The notes below the pieces were generated by a model. The model ran no database searches. It was not told where the DNA came from and was given only the letters and a program-made list of their open reading frames with translations. This document shows, one piece after another, positions 17,260 to 26,153 of a DNA stretch of 64,000 nt. This stretch comes from an uncultured Bacillota bacterium (GTDB lineage: Bacteria; Bacillota; Clostridia; Oscillospirales; Oscillospiraceae). Within the stretch, counting starts at the first letter, position 1. Each line of letters begins with the position of its first letter. The DNA lies in the NCBI GenBank assembly GCA_947385365.1, contig CANDKT010000002.1:5024-69023 (forward strand), in the 5' to 3' direction. The position numbers and the translations under genes are program-made.

Positions 17260-19164
17260 ATGAATCTACAGGTACTTTACGATGTGAAAAAACGGCTGGA
17301 AGAGGCTGCAATGGCTGGAACTGCGCTGCTGTCGGAGGATTTCCGCCTGCAAAAAGCGGCGGACGCCCTGAAACCGCTGGCGTCAGCCAGCCCAGTGTTC
17401 GCCCGGATATCCGCCGGGCTGGAAGCCCTGCGCAACGCGCCGGAGAAAGAACGGAGCGTTCTGCTGCTGGACGCGTTGTCCTTGACGGACGCCGTGGTCT
17501 GCACCCAAGGCCGTTGCGGTGTCTCCGGAGATTTGGCCCCGCTCCCAACCGGCGGCGGACGCTGCTTGGAACTGCCTCACGGTCAGCTCCAACCGTTACT
17601 GGCCGCGCTGACCGGCTCCGGCGGCGGGCGGCTCGAAACGATTCGGGCGGCTTGGGAAGCCCAGCCGGAGAGCTTTGGGGATTTCCGCGTGATCCCCGCC
17701 CTGATCGCCGGGTTAGGGGAGAGCTACGCCGAACTCGCGGAGCTGAACCTGACCATTCTCAAGGCGCAAGACCGGAACGTCGTCCCGATGCTGAAAGCCG
17801 GGTTTGACCCGGCAGGGAAGAAGGCGATGGCCCGGCGCGTGAAGGCGATCTCCGCCTTGGAGGGGCCGGAGGCTACGCCTTGGCTGCTGGAAATGCTGCC
17901 TCAGTCTAAGAAGGACGTGCGGGCGGCGGTGCTGGTGGCCCTAGGCGCGGACGCCGCCAATGTCCCGCTGTTGCTGGAGCTGGTCAAAAAGGAGCGGAAA
18001 CAAAATCGGGAGGCGGTCCTGGAAGCCTTGTCGAACCATGACGGGCCGGAGGTCCGGGACTTCTGGCGGGCCGAGGTGGAGAAAACACCGGAGTCGGTCT
18101 ACTTCCTGCGGCACAACAGCGCGGATTGGGTTTCGGATTTCGCCGCCGCAGCGTTCCGGGCCTTGCTGGAGGAGGCCCTTCCGCACGGGGAAGAGATCGT
18201 GAACATCACGAACGATGGGCTGAACGCCCTGACCCGCTGCCGCCTCGCTGCGATGGGAAGAACTTCCCCCGCTATGCTGGACTGCTGGCGGTGGATCGCC
18301 GGGCAACTCCCCGCGCTCCGCCAAGTCCAACGGCGTTTTGGAATGGAGTTTTCCACGTTGGGGGAGACCCTGCCCGTTTGGTTGCTGAACAGCCTGTGCG
18401 AAGCGGGGACCGGGCCGCTGTGCGGCCTGTCCCAGGAGCTGTGGGAACAGGACCAAACCGATTTTTGTTGGCTGCCTCACGCTTTGCTGGCGGCGTTCCT
18501 TACTCGACCGGCCGCGGAAATTTACGACACCTTCGCGCCCTGCTTTGACAACCTCCACGCCGCTTCCGGCGCGGCTCTGCTCCATGTCTTTTCCCGCCTG
18601 CGCTGGAATCAGGAGAAAACACGCTACGAAATCGAAATGGAATATGCGCCCTACCTTTCCGAGCCGCAAGCCGTCCATCCATTGGCCCAGCCGCTGGATA
18701 TGCGCTGGTATGACGTGCTGTTCCGCGTCAGAACCAGCCGGGTGCTTCAGGGCAGAGCGTGGCCCGGTACACAGTCCGCCGAGTTCGTCCTGAACCAAGC
18801 CGTCCGGAACCTCTTCCGCCCCGATTTCCCCGAGTCCCGGACCAAAACAGCGGAATACCTCAGTTACCTCATCTCTACCGGGGGAGGTTACGTGTTGGAA
18901 GACGTGGGACGCCTGCAACAGTGCGGCTGGACGAAGTGGAAGGGCCTGCTCAACGCGGAAACAACTACCTCCTACGTGGCGATCATGGTGCTGAAGGCGA
19001 TGCCGCTCACCGATTTGGAGCGGGCCGAAGAGCTTCGCGCTCTGTTCGACGGCTCGCCTTATAAGAAAGATAACGTCCTTTGGCCCGCCCTGGTGGTCCA
19101 AAACCAAATCGCCGCCTGGGAAGCCGAGAAAAACGGATACGAGACGTTCCGCGACCCCGTTTGA
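17260..19164 (+). CDS. Hypothetical HEAT-repeat-like helical protein, paralogue 2
   Basis: MNLQVLYDVKKRLEEAAMAGTALLSEDFRL versus MNLQPLYDVKARLEQAAVAGTGLLEEDFRL in paralogue 1, indicating a tandem duplicate. Confidence 0.75.
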   Translation: MNLQVLYDVKKRLEEAAMAGTALLSEDFRLQKAADALKPLASASPVFARISAGLEALRNAPEKERSVLLLDALSLTDAVVCTQGRCGVSGDLAPLPTGGGRCLELPHGQLQPLLAALTGSGGGRLETIRAAWEAQPESFGDFRVIPALIAGLGESYAELAELNLTILKAQDRNVVPMLKAGFDPAGKKAMARRVKAISALEGPEATPWLLEMLPQSKKDVRAAVLVALGADAANVPLLLELVKKERKQNREAVLEALSNHDGPEVRDFWRAEVEKTPESVYFLRHNSADWVSDFAAAAFRALLEEALPHGEEIVNITNDGLNALTRCRLAAMGRTSPAMLDCWRWIAGQLPALRQVQRRFGMEFSTLGETLPVWLLNSLCEAGTGPLCGLSQELWEQDQTDFCWLPHALLAAFLTRPAAEIYDTFAPCFDNLHAASGAALLHVFSRLRWNQEKTRYEIEMEYAPYLSEPQAVHPLAQPLDMRWYDVLFRVRTSRVLQGRAWPGTQSAEFVLNQAVRNLFRPDFPESRTKTAEYLSYLISTGGGYVLEDVGRLQQCGWTKWKGLLNAETTTSYVAIMVLKAMPLTDLERAEELRALFDGSPYKKDNVLWPALVVQNQIAAWEAEKNGYETFRDPV

Positions 19165-19205
19165 ACCGATACCGAAACTTGAGAAATAAGGAGTGCGTCA
19201 AAATC

Positions 19206-20300
19206 ATGGCTGACAAGAATGTACAGCGTCTCCCAGCCGAGGAGCTTTACCAGAGAGAACTGGAAGCCCTCATCGCCGCGGAGACTGATCCTATCCCTAC
19301 CGGTTGGCGGATGTCGCCCCGCTCCGTGCTGACCTACATCACCGGAAACACGAAGGTAAAAGGCGTGGAGATCACTCCCAAGTATATGGGCAACCGCCGC
19401 CTGGTGGAGATCGCCATCGCGACCCTGGTCACAGACCGCGCGTTGCTCCTCATCGGCGAGCCCGGCACCGCCAAATCCTGGCTCAGCGAACACCTGGCCG
19501 CCGCCGTCAACGGCGACTCTACCAAGGTCATCCAAGGTACCGCCGGTACGACCGAAGAACAGATCCGCTACTCCTGGAACTACGCTATGCTCATCGCCAA
19601 AGGCCCCAGCTTGGAGGCTATGGTCCCCAGTCCCATCTACCGCTGCATGGAGACCGGCGCCATCGCCCGCGTGGAGGAAATCTCCCGCTGCGCCAGCGAG
19701 GTACAGGACGCGCTCATCTCCATCCTGTCCGAAAAGCGGCTGAGCGTCCCGGAATTGGGACTGGAAGTGCCGGCCCAGAAGGGATTCTCCGTGATCGCCA
19801 CCGCCAATACCAGAGATAAGGGCGTCAACGATATGTCCGCCGCGCTGAAACGCCGGTTCAATATCGTCGTCTTGCCCGCCCCCGCGGATATCAACACGGA
19901 AATGGAAATCGTTCGCACGCGTTTGGAACAGCTGTCCGCACGGCTGGACCTCAACGCCAAACAGCCCGGCGGCGACGCCGTGGAACAGGTCGTCACCATT
20001 TTCCGGGAACTGCGCGCCGGCGCGACCCTGGACGGAAAGCAGAAGCTCAAGACCACCTCCGGCGTGCTGTCCACCGCGGAAGCCATCTCCCTGCTGTGCA
20101 ACTCTATGGCTCTGGCGGGGAGCTTCGGGAACGGCAGCATCACCAGCCGAGACCTGGCCGCAGGACTCCAAGGCGCGGTGGTCAAAGACGAGGCAAACGA
20201 TAAGACCGCCTGGAAGGAGTACCTGGAGAACGTGATGAAAAAACGAGGCAGCAGTTGGTTGTCCCTGTACCAGTCCTGCCGGGAGCTGAACGGCAAATGA
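19206..20300 (+). CDS. MoxR-type AAA+ ATPase (YehL-like)
   Basis: QRLPAEELY, Walker A GEPGTAKSWLSEHL, VEEISRC and TANTRDKGVNDMSAALKRRFN motifs. Confidence 0.9.
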   Translation: MADKNVQRLPAEELYQRELEALIAAETDPIPTGWRMSPRSVLTYITGNTKVKGVEITPKYMGNRRLVEIAIATLVTDRALLLIGEPGTAKSWLSEHLAAAVNGDSTKVIQGTAGTTEEQIRYSWNYAMLIAKGPSLEAMVPSPIYRCMETGAIARVEEISRCASEVQDALISILSEKRLSVPELGLEVPAQKGFSVIATANTRDKGVNDMSAALKRRFNIVVLPAPADINTEMEIVRTRLEQLSARLDLNAKQPGGDAVEQVVTIFRELRAGATLDGKQKLKTTSGVLSTAEAISLLCNSMALAGSFGNGSITSRDLAAGLQGAVVKDEANDKTAWKEYLENVMKKRGSSWLSLYQSCRELNGK

Positions 20301-22612
20301 GCGGCGGACTGCAAAAAACGACGGGACAACCCGTCTATTTCGGCGTGCGCCACCTGTCCCCAGCGGCGGCCTTCCACCTGCGCCGGGCTCTGGACGAGGC
20401 GAAGCCTGACCTGGTCCTGGTCGAAGGCCCCAGCGACTTGAACGACGAGATGCGCTGGCTGAGCCACCCGGATACCCGTTTCCCCGCCGCTATCATGGCC
20501 TACACCAAACAGCCGCCGGTGCGGACCATCCTCTACCCGCTGGCCGTCTACTCCCCGGAGCTGCAAGCCATCCTGTGGGCGCGGGAACACGGCGTGGAGT
20601 GCCGGTTCATGGACCTGCCTTCGCCAGTGTTCCTGGCGTTGGCGGAGGAACGCGCCCGCGCGGAGGCCGAACAGGCGGAACAGGAGCCCGAGGATGAAGA
20701 CAACAACTCCGTTTCAGAATCCGTCTACCGCCGCCTGGAGGAGCTGACAGGGGAGGACCACGACACGTTCTGGGAGCGGACCTTCGAGCAGGTGGAGGAC
20801 TTCGGGGCGTATATGGAAGCCAGCCGCGCCTTTGGCCTGCGCCTGCGGGAGGCGGAAGCCCAAAACGAAGACCCTCGCCGCGTTGCAGAGACGGTGGTTC
20901 GGGAAGCGTACATGAAACGCGTCATTTGTCAGGCCCAGACAGCAGGCGTGCCTGCGGAGAAGATCTTCTGCGTCTGCGGCGCGTTCCACGTGCCCGCCTT
21001 GGAGAAAAACCAGCCGATGACGGACGAGGAAGAAAAAACCTTGCCGCAAACGGACTCCGCCGCTACGCTGATGCCCTACTCCTATTACCGGCTGTCGTCC
21101 CGCTCCGGCTACGGGGCGGGCAATAAGGCCCCGGCCTATTTTCAAATCTTGTGGGAGTCTCTGGAGAGGCACGACCTCAACGGCGCGGCTCTGCGCTACC
21201 TCACCCGCGTCGCGGCCTGCCAGCGCAAAGGCGGCAGTATGGTCTCCTCCGCCGAGGTCATCGAAGCGGCGCGGTTGGCTCAGACGCTGGCGGCTATGCG
21301 AGGCAGTCGTTTCCCAGCACTGGCCGACCTGCGGGACGCCTCCATCACCGCGATGGGACACGGCAGCTTCTCCGAACTGGCCCAGGCCGCCGCAAAAACC
21401 GAGATCGGCAGCGTCGTCGGCTCCCTGCCCGAGGGCGTCAGCCGCACCTCCATCCAAGAGGACTTCTACCGGCAGCTCAAACAGCTGCGTTTGGATAAGT
21501 TCCGTACCGATCAAGCGCAACGCTTGGACCTGGACCTGCGGGAGCGGCTGAACGTCAAGTCGGAGACCGCGGCGCGGAACGATTTGTACCGCTCCTTCTT
21601 CCTCCACCGCCTGCGGGTGTTGGGAGTGCATTTCGGCGAACTTCTGCCCTCCCGGCAGGCGGGCGCCAACTGGGGCGAATACTGGCAGCTGTGCTGGACC
21701 CCGGAGACCGAAATCGAAATCGTAGAATCGGCTCTGCTGGGGGACACCGTGGAGAGCGCCGCCGCCTTCGCGCTTATGGAACGCGGCAATGAGGCCGGGA
21801 CCATCGCGGAAGCCGCCGCGATCTTCCAGGACGCGTTCCTGTGCGGGATGCCGGAGGCCGCCGAACACGCCTTGTCTGTGCTGCAACGCCTGGCGGTGGA
21901 CGCCGCCGCTTTGGCGGATGTGGCCGAAACAGCACAAAGACTGTCTACCGTAGTGCGCTACGGCGATTTGCGCCGCTTCGATCCGCAACCGGTGATCCCG
22001 CTTATCAAACAACTGTATCTGCGGGCCTGCCTGACCATGACCGACGCCTGTATCTGCGACGCGCAAGCCGCGCCTGCGGTCACAAAAGCAATGGACCAGC
22101 TGAACACCCTTCAGCTGGAACTGGACTTCCTGGACGGCCAACGCTGGCTGGACCTGATGGAGGAAGTCTCCGACCGGGACGACTTGAACACCCGCTGTTC
22201 CGGCTTCGCTATGGCGATCCTGCTGGAACGCGGCGAGGCGGACAGTACCCTGCTGGCTCGGGAAGTCTCCCGGCGGTTGTCTCCCGGCGTGCCCGCCGAT
22301 CTGGGATGCGGTTGGTTCGAGGGCCTGGCCGCCAAAAATCGCCGGGCGTTGATTGCACGCCTCTCCCTGTGGCGGCAGCTGGACGATTACCTGAGCGACT
22401 TGGACGACCTGAACTTCCGCCGCGCCTTAGTCTTCCTGCGCCGCGCCTTCGCGTCCTTCTCCCCTGGGGAAAAGAACGATATCGCGGAAAATCTGGGCGA
22501 GATCTGGGGAACAAATCCGCAGCAGACTGCGGAAGCGTTGATGAAAGACACCACGGTCCAAGAACAGGAGCTGCTGGACAGTTTGGCGGATTTCGATTTT
22601 GACGATATTTGA
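20297..22612 (+). CDS. DUF5682 family protein (YehM-like)
   Basis: FGVRHLSPA, PDLVLVEGPSD, YSPELQA, REAYM, VCGAFHVPAL and PYSYYRLSSRSGYGAG motifs. Confidence 0.85.
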   Translation: MSGGLQKTTGQPVYFGVRHLSPAAAFHLRRALDEAKPDLVLVEGPSDLNDEMRWLSHPDTRFPAAIMAYTKQPPVRTILYPLAVYSPELQAILWAREHGVECRFMDLPSPVFLALAEERARAEAEQAEQEPEDEDNNSVSESVYRRLEELTGEDHDTFWERTFEQVEDFGAYMEASRAFGLRLREAEAQNEDPRRVAETVVREAYMKRVICQAQTAGVPAEKIFCVCGAFHVPALEKNQPMTDEEEKTLPQTDSAATLMPYSYYRLSSRSGYGAGNKAPAYFQILWESLERHDLNGAALRYLTRVAACQRKGGSMVSSAEVIEAARLAQTLAAMRGSRFPALADLRDASITAMGHGSFSELAQAAAKTEIGSVVGSLPEGVSRTSIQEDFYRQLKQLRLDKFRTDQAQRLDLDLRERLNVKSETAARNDLYRSFFLHRLRVLGVHFGELLPSRQAGANWGEYWQLCWTPETEIEIVESALLGDTVESAAAFALMERGNEAGTIAEAAAIFQDAFLCGMPEAAEHALSVLQRLAVDAAALADVAETAQRLSTVVRYGDLRRFDPQPVIPLIKQLYLRACLTMTDACICDAQAAPAVTKAMDQLNTLQLELDFLDGQRWLDLMEEVSDRDDLNTRCSGFAMAILLERGEADSTLLAREVSRRLSPGVPADLGCGWFEGLAAKNRRALIARLSLWRQLDDYLSDLDDLNFRRALVFLRRAFASFSPGEKNDIAENLGEIWGTNPQQTAEALMKDTTVQEQELLDSLADFDFDDI

Positions 22613-22619
22613 TGAAGGG

Positions 22620-22735
22620 GAAGGGTTCTCTTTCTTGAAAAGAAAGAGAACCAGAAAGAACGGGCGGGGCTAGCCCCGCACCCCATTGGGGCCCCGCCCC
22701 AAACCCCGCCAGGGGACCAGTCCCCTGGACCTCTG
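22620..22735. repeat. REP/MITE-like cluster of short palindromes inside the operon
   Basis: GGTTCTCTTTCTTGAAAAGAAAGAGAACC hairpin followed by GGGGCTAGCCCC, GGGGCCCCGCCCC and CCAGGGGACCAGTCCCCTGG palindromes. Confidence 0.5.
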
Positions 22736-22771
22736 GGCCTGCGCCCGTGGTCTATCGCTGGGAGGTTGATT

Positions 22772-23245
22772 ATGAACGAAACAGAACAGAGAGAAATCCG
22801 TGAGACCGTAGAACACGCGCGGTCCTTGACCGCCGACCGCTTGACTTGGAAACCGTACTTCCCGAACAATATGCTCCAAAACGGTCAGGAAGGCTGGTAT
22901 TGTGTTTTGCAGAAGGGAGACCATGCGCGAAAATACACAATCACTTTTCAATATCCCCTGGACGAAGAGGGTCTGTCGCGCCCGGATTGGGGAATAGACC
23001 GCTACATTCTCTTTGAAAAACTCTATTTCGATTTGAAGGGACCGTTGACGTACCCGGAACCACATGAAGATGACAGCTGGGAGATGCTGACGGCGGCGGA
23101 TGATCTCAACGACTTCGGCGGGTTCGTCTACGCCCACCGCACGCTGGAGGATGCCAAAAAAAGAGCCTTGCGGCAGTGGCAAGCTGTTTTTGGCTACGCG
23201 CTGTCGCACCTGATCGAGGACGGGGAAGCGGAGGAGTTACCATGA
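22772..23245 (+). CDS. Hypothetical acidic protein
   Basis: GGAGG RBS, 157 aa, ATGA-coupled to the VWA gene. Confidence 0.7.
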   Translation: MNETEQREIRETVEHARSLTADRLTWKPYFPNNMLQNGQEGWYCVLQKGDHARKYTITFQYPLDEEGLSRPDWGIDRYILFEKLYFDLKGPLTYPEPHEDDSWEMLTAADDLNDFGGFVYAHRTLEDAKKRALRQWQAVFGYALSHLIEDGEAEELP

Positions 23246-24411
23246 CACAACAAGAACAAATGGCACGCTGGCGGCTGATTTTGGGCAGCGAAACACAAGA
23301 GTCTTTCACGGCTATGGGCGGCGGCGGGCTGAGTCAGGAGGAACTTTTGATGGACGGCGCGCTGGCCGCGATCTACGGCGGTCCGGATGAGAGCTTTTCC
23401 TCTGGACGCGGGGCGGGAAAAGGTCCGTCTTCCCCGCGGATCTCTCAGTGGTTGGGAGACCTGCGCGCTCTGTTCGACCCGGAGATCGTGGCGTTGGTGC
23501 AGAACGACGCCATCGAACGGAAGGGCTTGAAACAGCTGCTGCTGGAACCGGAACTGCTGGAAAACCTGGAACCGGACTTGAACATGGCGTCCACGCTGCT
23601 CATGCTCAAGGACCAGATTCCCAAAAAGTCCAAGGAGTCCGCACGGCGCTACATCAAACGGATCGTCGAGCAGATCAATAAGCTGCTGGACAGCGACTTG
23701 CGCCGGGCTGTCACCGCCGCGCTCAACCGCCGGGCACATTCGCCGCTGCCTTCGGCGTCTGCCATTGATTTTCCCTATACGATACGACATAACCTACGCA
23801 ATTATAACAAAGAGCTGAAAACAATCGTCCCGGAACGCGTCTGGTTTTTTGACCGCTCCAGCCGCGTCAACCGCTGGAACGTGGTGCTGGATATCGACCA
23901 GAGCGGTTCTATGGGACAGTCAATCCTGTATTCCTCCGTGATGGCCTGCATCCTGGCTTCTATGTCCGCGGTGGAAACGAAAGTGGTCGCCTTCGACACC
24001 CAGATCATGGACTTGACCCCTCTGTGCGCCGACCCCGTGGACCTGCTGTTCGGCTTCCAGATGGGCGGCGGGACCGATATCGCAAAGTCTATCGCTTACT
24101 GCCAAGGGTTGATCGAAACACCAGCCCGGACGCTGTTTTTCCTGATCTCCGACCTGGACGAGGGCGGAAACCGCGCCGCGTTACTGCGCCGCCTGGAGGA
24201 AATGAAAGCGTCCGGCGTGACCGTCATCGTTCTGCTCGCCATCGCCGACGGCGGGCGGCCCTACTACGACGCGCAAACGGCTCAACGTATCGCCGCTATG
24301 GATATCCCTTGCTTCGCCTGCGCGCCGGAAAAACTCCCCGTCCTCCTGGAACGCGCCCTCAAAGGGATGAGCCTGGATGACCTTATCAAAGAAGGAAGAC
24401 CAAAACAGTAG
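23242..24411 (+). CDS. VWA domain protein (YehP/CoxE-like)
   Basis: RWRLILG N-terminus, MIDAS DIDQSGSM, GGGTDI, ISDLDEGG motifs. Confidence 0.9.
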   Translation: MTQQEQMARWRLILGSETQESFTAMGGGGLSQEELLMDGALAAIYGGPDESFSSGRGAGKGPSSPRISQWLGDLRALFDPEIVALVQNDAIERKGLKQLLLEPELLENLEPDLNMASTLLMLKDQIPKKSKESARRYIKRIVEQINKLLDSDLRRAVTAALNRRAHSPLPSASAIDFPYTIRHNLRNYNKELKTIVPERVWFFDRSSRVNRWNVVLDIDQSGSMGQSILYSSVMACILASMSAVETKVVAFDTQIMDLTPLCADPVDLLFGFQMGGGTDIAKSIAYCQGLIETPARTLFFLISDLDEGGNRAALLRRLEEMKASGVTVIVLLAIADGGRPYYDAQTAQRIAAMDIPCFACAPEKLPVLLERALKGMSLDDLIKEGRPKQ

Positions 24412-24423
24412 CCGCTCAGGCAC

Positions 24424-24471
24424 AAGAAAGCCTCTCTTCCAGCACCATTGCCGGAAAGAGAGGCTTTTTTG
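24424..24471. terminator. Intrinsic terminator between convergent genes
   Basis: AAAGCCTCTCTTCC...GGAAAGAGAGGCTTTTTT. Confidence 0.75.
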
Positions 24472-24483
24472 TCTCCTGCTCCG

Positions 24484-25161
24484 CTACGCCACCGCGGAAA
24501 ACGGGACGCGTGGATCCTGCGTCTGTTCCTGCGCGGGCGGTTCCGGGTTGGCCATCGTCGTGGTCCGCGTGGTCCCGCCGGATATGTACACCTTGCCGCA
24601 CTCCGGGCAGATGTCCGTGTGCAGCGTGACGCTCTGACTGACGACTTTGCGGTCCTCACGCTGCGCTTTGCTCTGCTCCCGGCTCACGTGTTCCATCTCG
24701 TGGCCGCGGACCCTGGACGCTACCTGACTGGGGTCGATACGCGTGGGCGTCTGAAAAGAAACCCCCATGTCATCGGAACCATCCTGATATTTGCGCTCCT
24801 CGCAAGTCTGGCACTTGCCTTCCTCCACCGCCTGGAGTACGCCCGCGACGCCTTTGGCGTCCTCACCGTTCTGCGCGGCTTGCGCGTCCGCGTCCTCTTG
24901 CCCAGGGTATTGGATGCGCATACGGACCGCCATCTCTACCGGGTCCGCGCCTTCCCGAATGGGAATGCCAAATTTTGCAGGAGCCGCCTCCTCCGCGGAA
25001 GCCGCTTTGACCGGCGTGACAGGCTGGACCGGCGTCTCCGGCTCCGCCGCCCGACGGGCGGTCAGAACAGCGGGGGCAGGCTGCGTGTTTTGCGTCTCCC
25101 TGCCGCGGCCCATTTGGTACAGGTAGGGGCTGTAATAAGCGCCCGTGATGCTGCCAATCAT
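24484..25161 (-). CDS. SprA-related / CJM1_0395-like putative metalloprotein
   Basis: CQTCEERKYQDGSDD.GVSFQTP, VRGHEMEHV (HExxH) and CPECGKVYISGGTT motifs. Confidence 0.65.
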   Translation of the reverse strand: MIGSITGAYYSPYLYQMGRGRETQNTQPAPAVLTARRAAEPETPVQPVTPVKAASAEEAAPAKFGIPIREGADPVEMAVRMRIQYPGQEDADAQAAQNGEDAKGVAGVLQAVEEGKCQTCEERKYQDGSDDMGVSFQTPTRIDPSQVASRVRGHEMEHVSREQSKAQREDRKVVSQSVTLHTDICPECGKVYISGGTTRTTTMANPEPPAQEQTQDPRVPFSAVA

Positions 25162-25296
25162 ATCGCTCCACCTCTCAAATGCAATCTCTTACCTCTATTA
25201 TACCAGACTTTTGGCGCTTGGCAAGAGGAAGTTCCAAACTCTGCACGCCTGTCTCACAAATTGCTTTTCCACGGATCGGTCACTGTTTCAAGAGTT

Positions 25297-25429
25297 TTTT
25301 GCATTCTCCCCCCTTCGGGGGGAGAATGTAGCTTTTATGTGTTTTGTATTCTCCCCCCTTCAGGGGAGAATGCGGCTTTTATGTGTTTTGTATCCTCCCC
25401 CTTCGGGGGGAGAATACAGCTTTTATGAG
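25297..25429. repeat. Three tandem 44-45-bp hairpin repeats
   Basis: Unit TTTTG(C/T)AT(T/C)CTCCCCC(C)TTC(G/A)GGGG(G)AGAAT(G/A)...GCTTTTATG(T/A)G at 25297, 25342 and 25386. Confidence 0.85.
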
Positions 25430-25450
25430 ACGGGCGTGCCGGCTCCTGAA

Positions 25451-25477
25451 TTAGCACTCTCGGACTGCGAGTGCTTG
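25451..25477 (+). promoter_or_regulatory. CIRCE-like HrcA operator upstream of hsp20
   Basis: TTAGCACTC-N9-GAGTGCTTG (consensus TTAGCACTC-N9-GAGTGCTAA). Confidence 0.8.
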
Positions 25478-25584
25478 AATTTACAATTTGGAAATATCTT
25501 TTGCAAGAATCGTTCATAATTACAGGGTATACTAAAATCAAATTTAAGAGGGACCCCGAAAGGGTCCGAAAGGAGTTTTGATTT

Positions 25585-26010
25585 ATGTATAGTTTACTTC
25601 CCTTCGGTCGCACCAGCGGTATGAACAGCTTCTTCGACGACTTTGAACGCAGCTTCTTCCCCACAGAACACCGCCAGACGCCTATGTTCCGCACGGATAT
25701 CCGGGACGAGGGCGACCACTACCTGCTGGAAGCGGAACTGCCCGGTTTCCAGCGCGAAGACATCGACCTGGACTTGAAGGACGGCGTGCTGACCATCTCC
25801 GCCAACCACTCCGAAACGGTCGACAATAACAAGGAAGACGGCAAGTACCTCTGCCGGGAACGCCGCTTCGGCAGTTACAGCCGCGCCTTTGACGTCTCCG
25901 GCATCCAGGAGGACGCCATCTCCGCCGCCTACGAGAACGGTGTCCTGAAGCTCACGCTGCCCAAGCGCGGCGAACCGGAACCGCGCAGCCGGAAGATCGC
26001 CATCCAGTAA
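25585..26010 (+). CDS. Hsp20/alpha-crystallin small heat-shock protein
   Basis: RTDIRDEGDHYLLEAELPG, RERRFGSYSRAF and AAYENGVLKLTLPK motifs. Confidence 0.95.
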   Translation: MYSLLPFGRTSGMNSFFDDFERSFFPTEHRQTPMFRTDIRDEGDHYLLEAELPGFQREDIDLDLKDGVLTISANHSETVDNNKEDGKYLCRERRFGSYSRAFDVSGIQEDAISAAYENGVLKLTLPKRGEPEPRSRKIAIQ

Positions 26011-26016
26011 AAGGAG

Positions 26017-26045
26017 ACCGGCGGGGATTCCCCGCCGGTTTTTTT
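26017..26045 (+). terminator. Intrinsic terminator after hsp20
   Basis: ACCGGCGGGG-ATT-CCCCGCCGGT followed by a T run. Confidence 0.85.
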
Positions 26046-26056
26046 CCTGTTTCCTC

Positions 26057-26085
26057 TTGCAAAATCCGGAAGAATGGTGTAGGAT
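26057..26085 (+). promoter_or_regulatory. Sigma-A promoter of clpB
   Basis: TTGCAA-N17-TAGGAT immediately before the CIRCE box. Confidence 0.65.
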
Positions 26086-26089
26086 AGTT

Positions 26090-26116
26090 TTAGCACTCGG
26101 AGAATCGAAGTGCTAA
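26090..26116 (+). promoter_or_regulatory. CIRCE (HrcA operator) upstream of clpB
   Basis: TTAGCACTC-N9-AAGTGCTAA, one mismatch to consensus. Confidence 0.85.
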
Positions 26117-26153
26117 CCCAAGCGAACGAAATGAAAAGGAGGTTTCCTTCCTT

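Noticed and set aside
25297-25429. Possible mini CRISPR array
   Set aside because: The inter-hairpin segments are invariant and short, there are no unique spacers and there are no cas genes.
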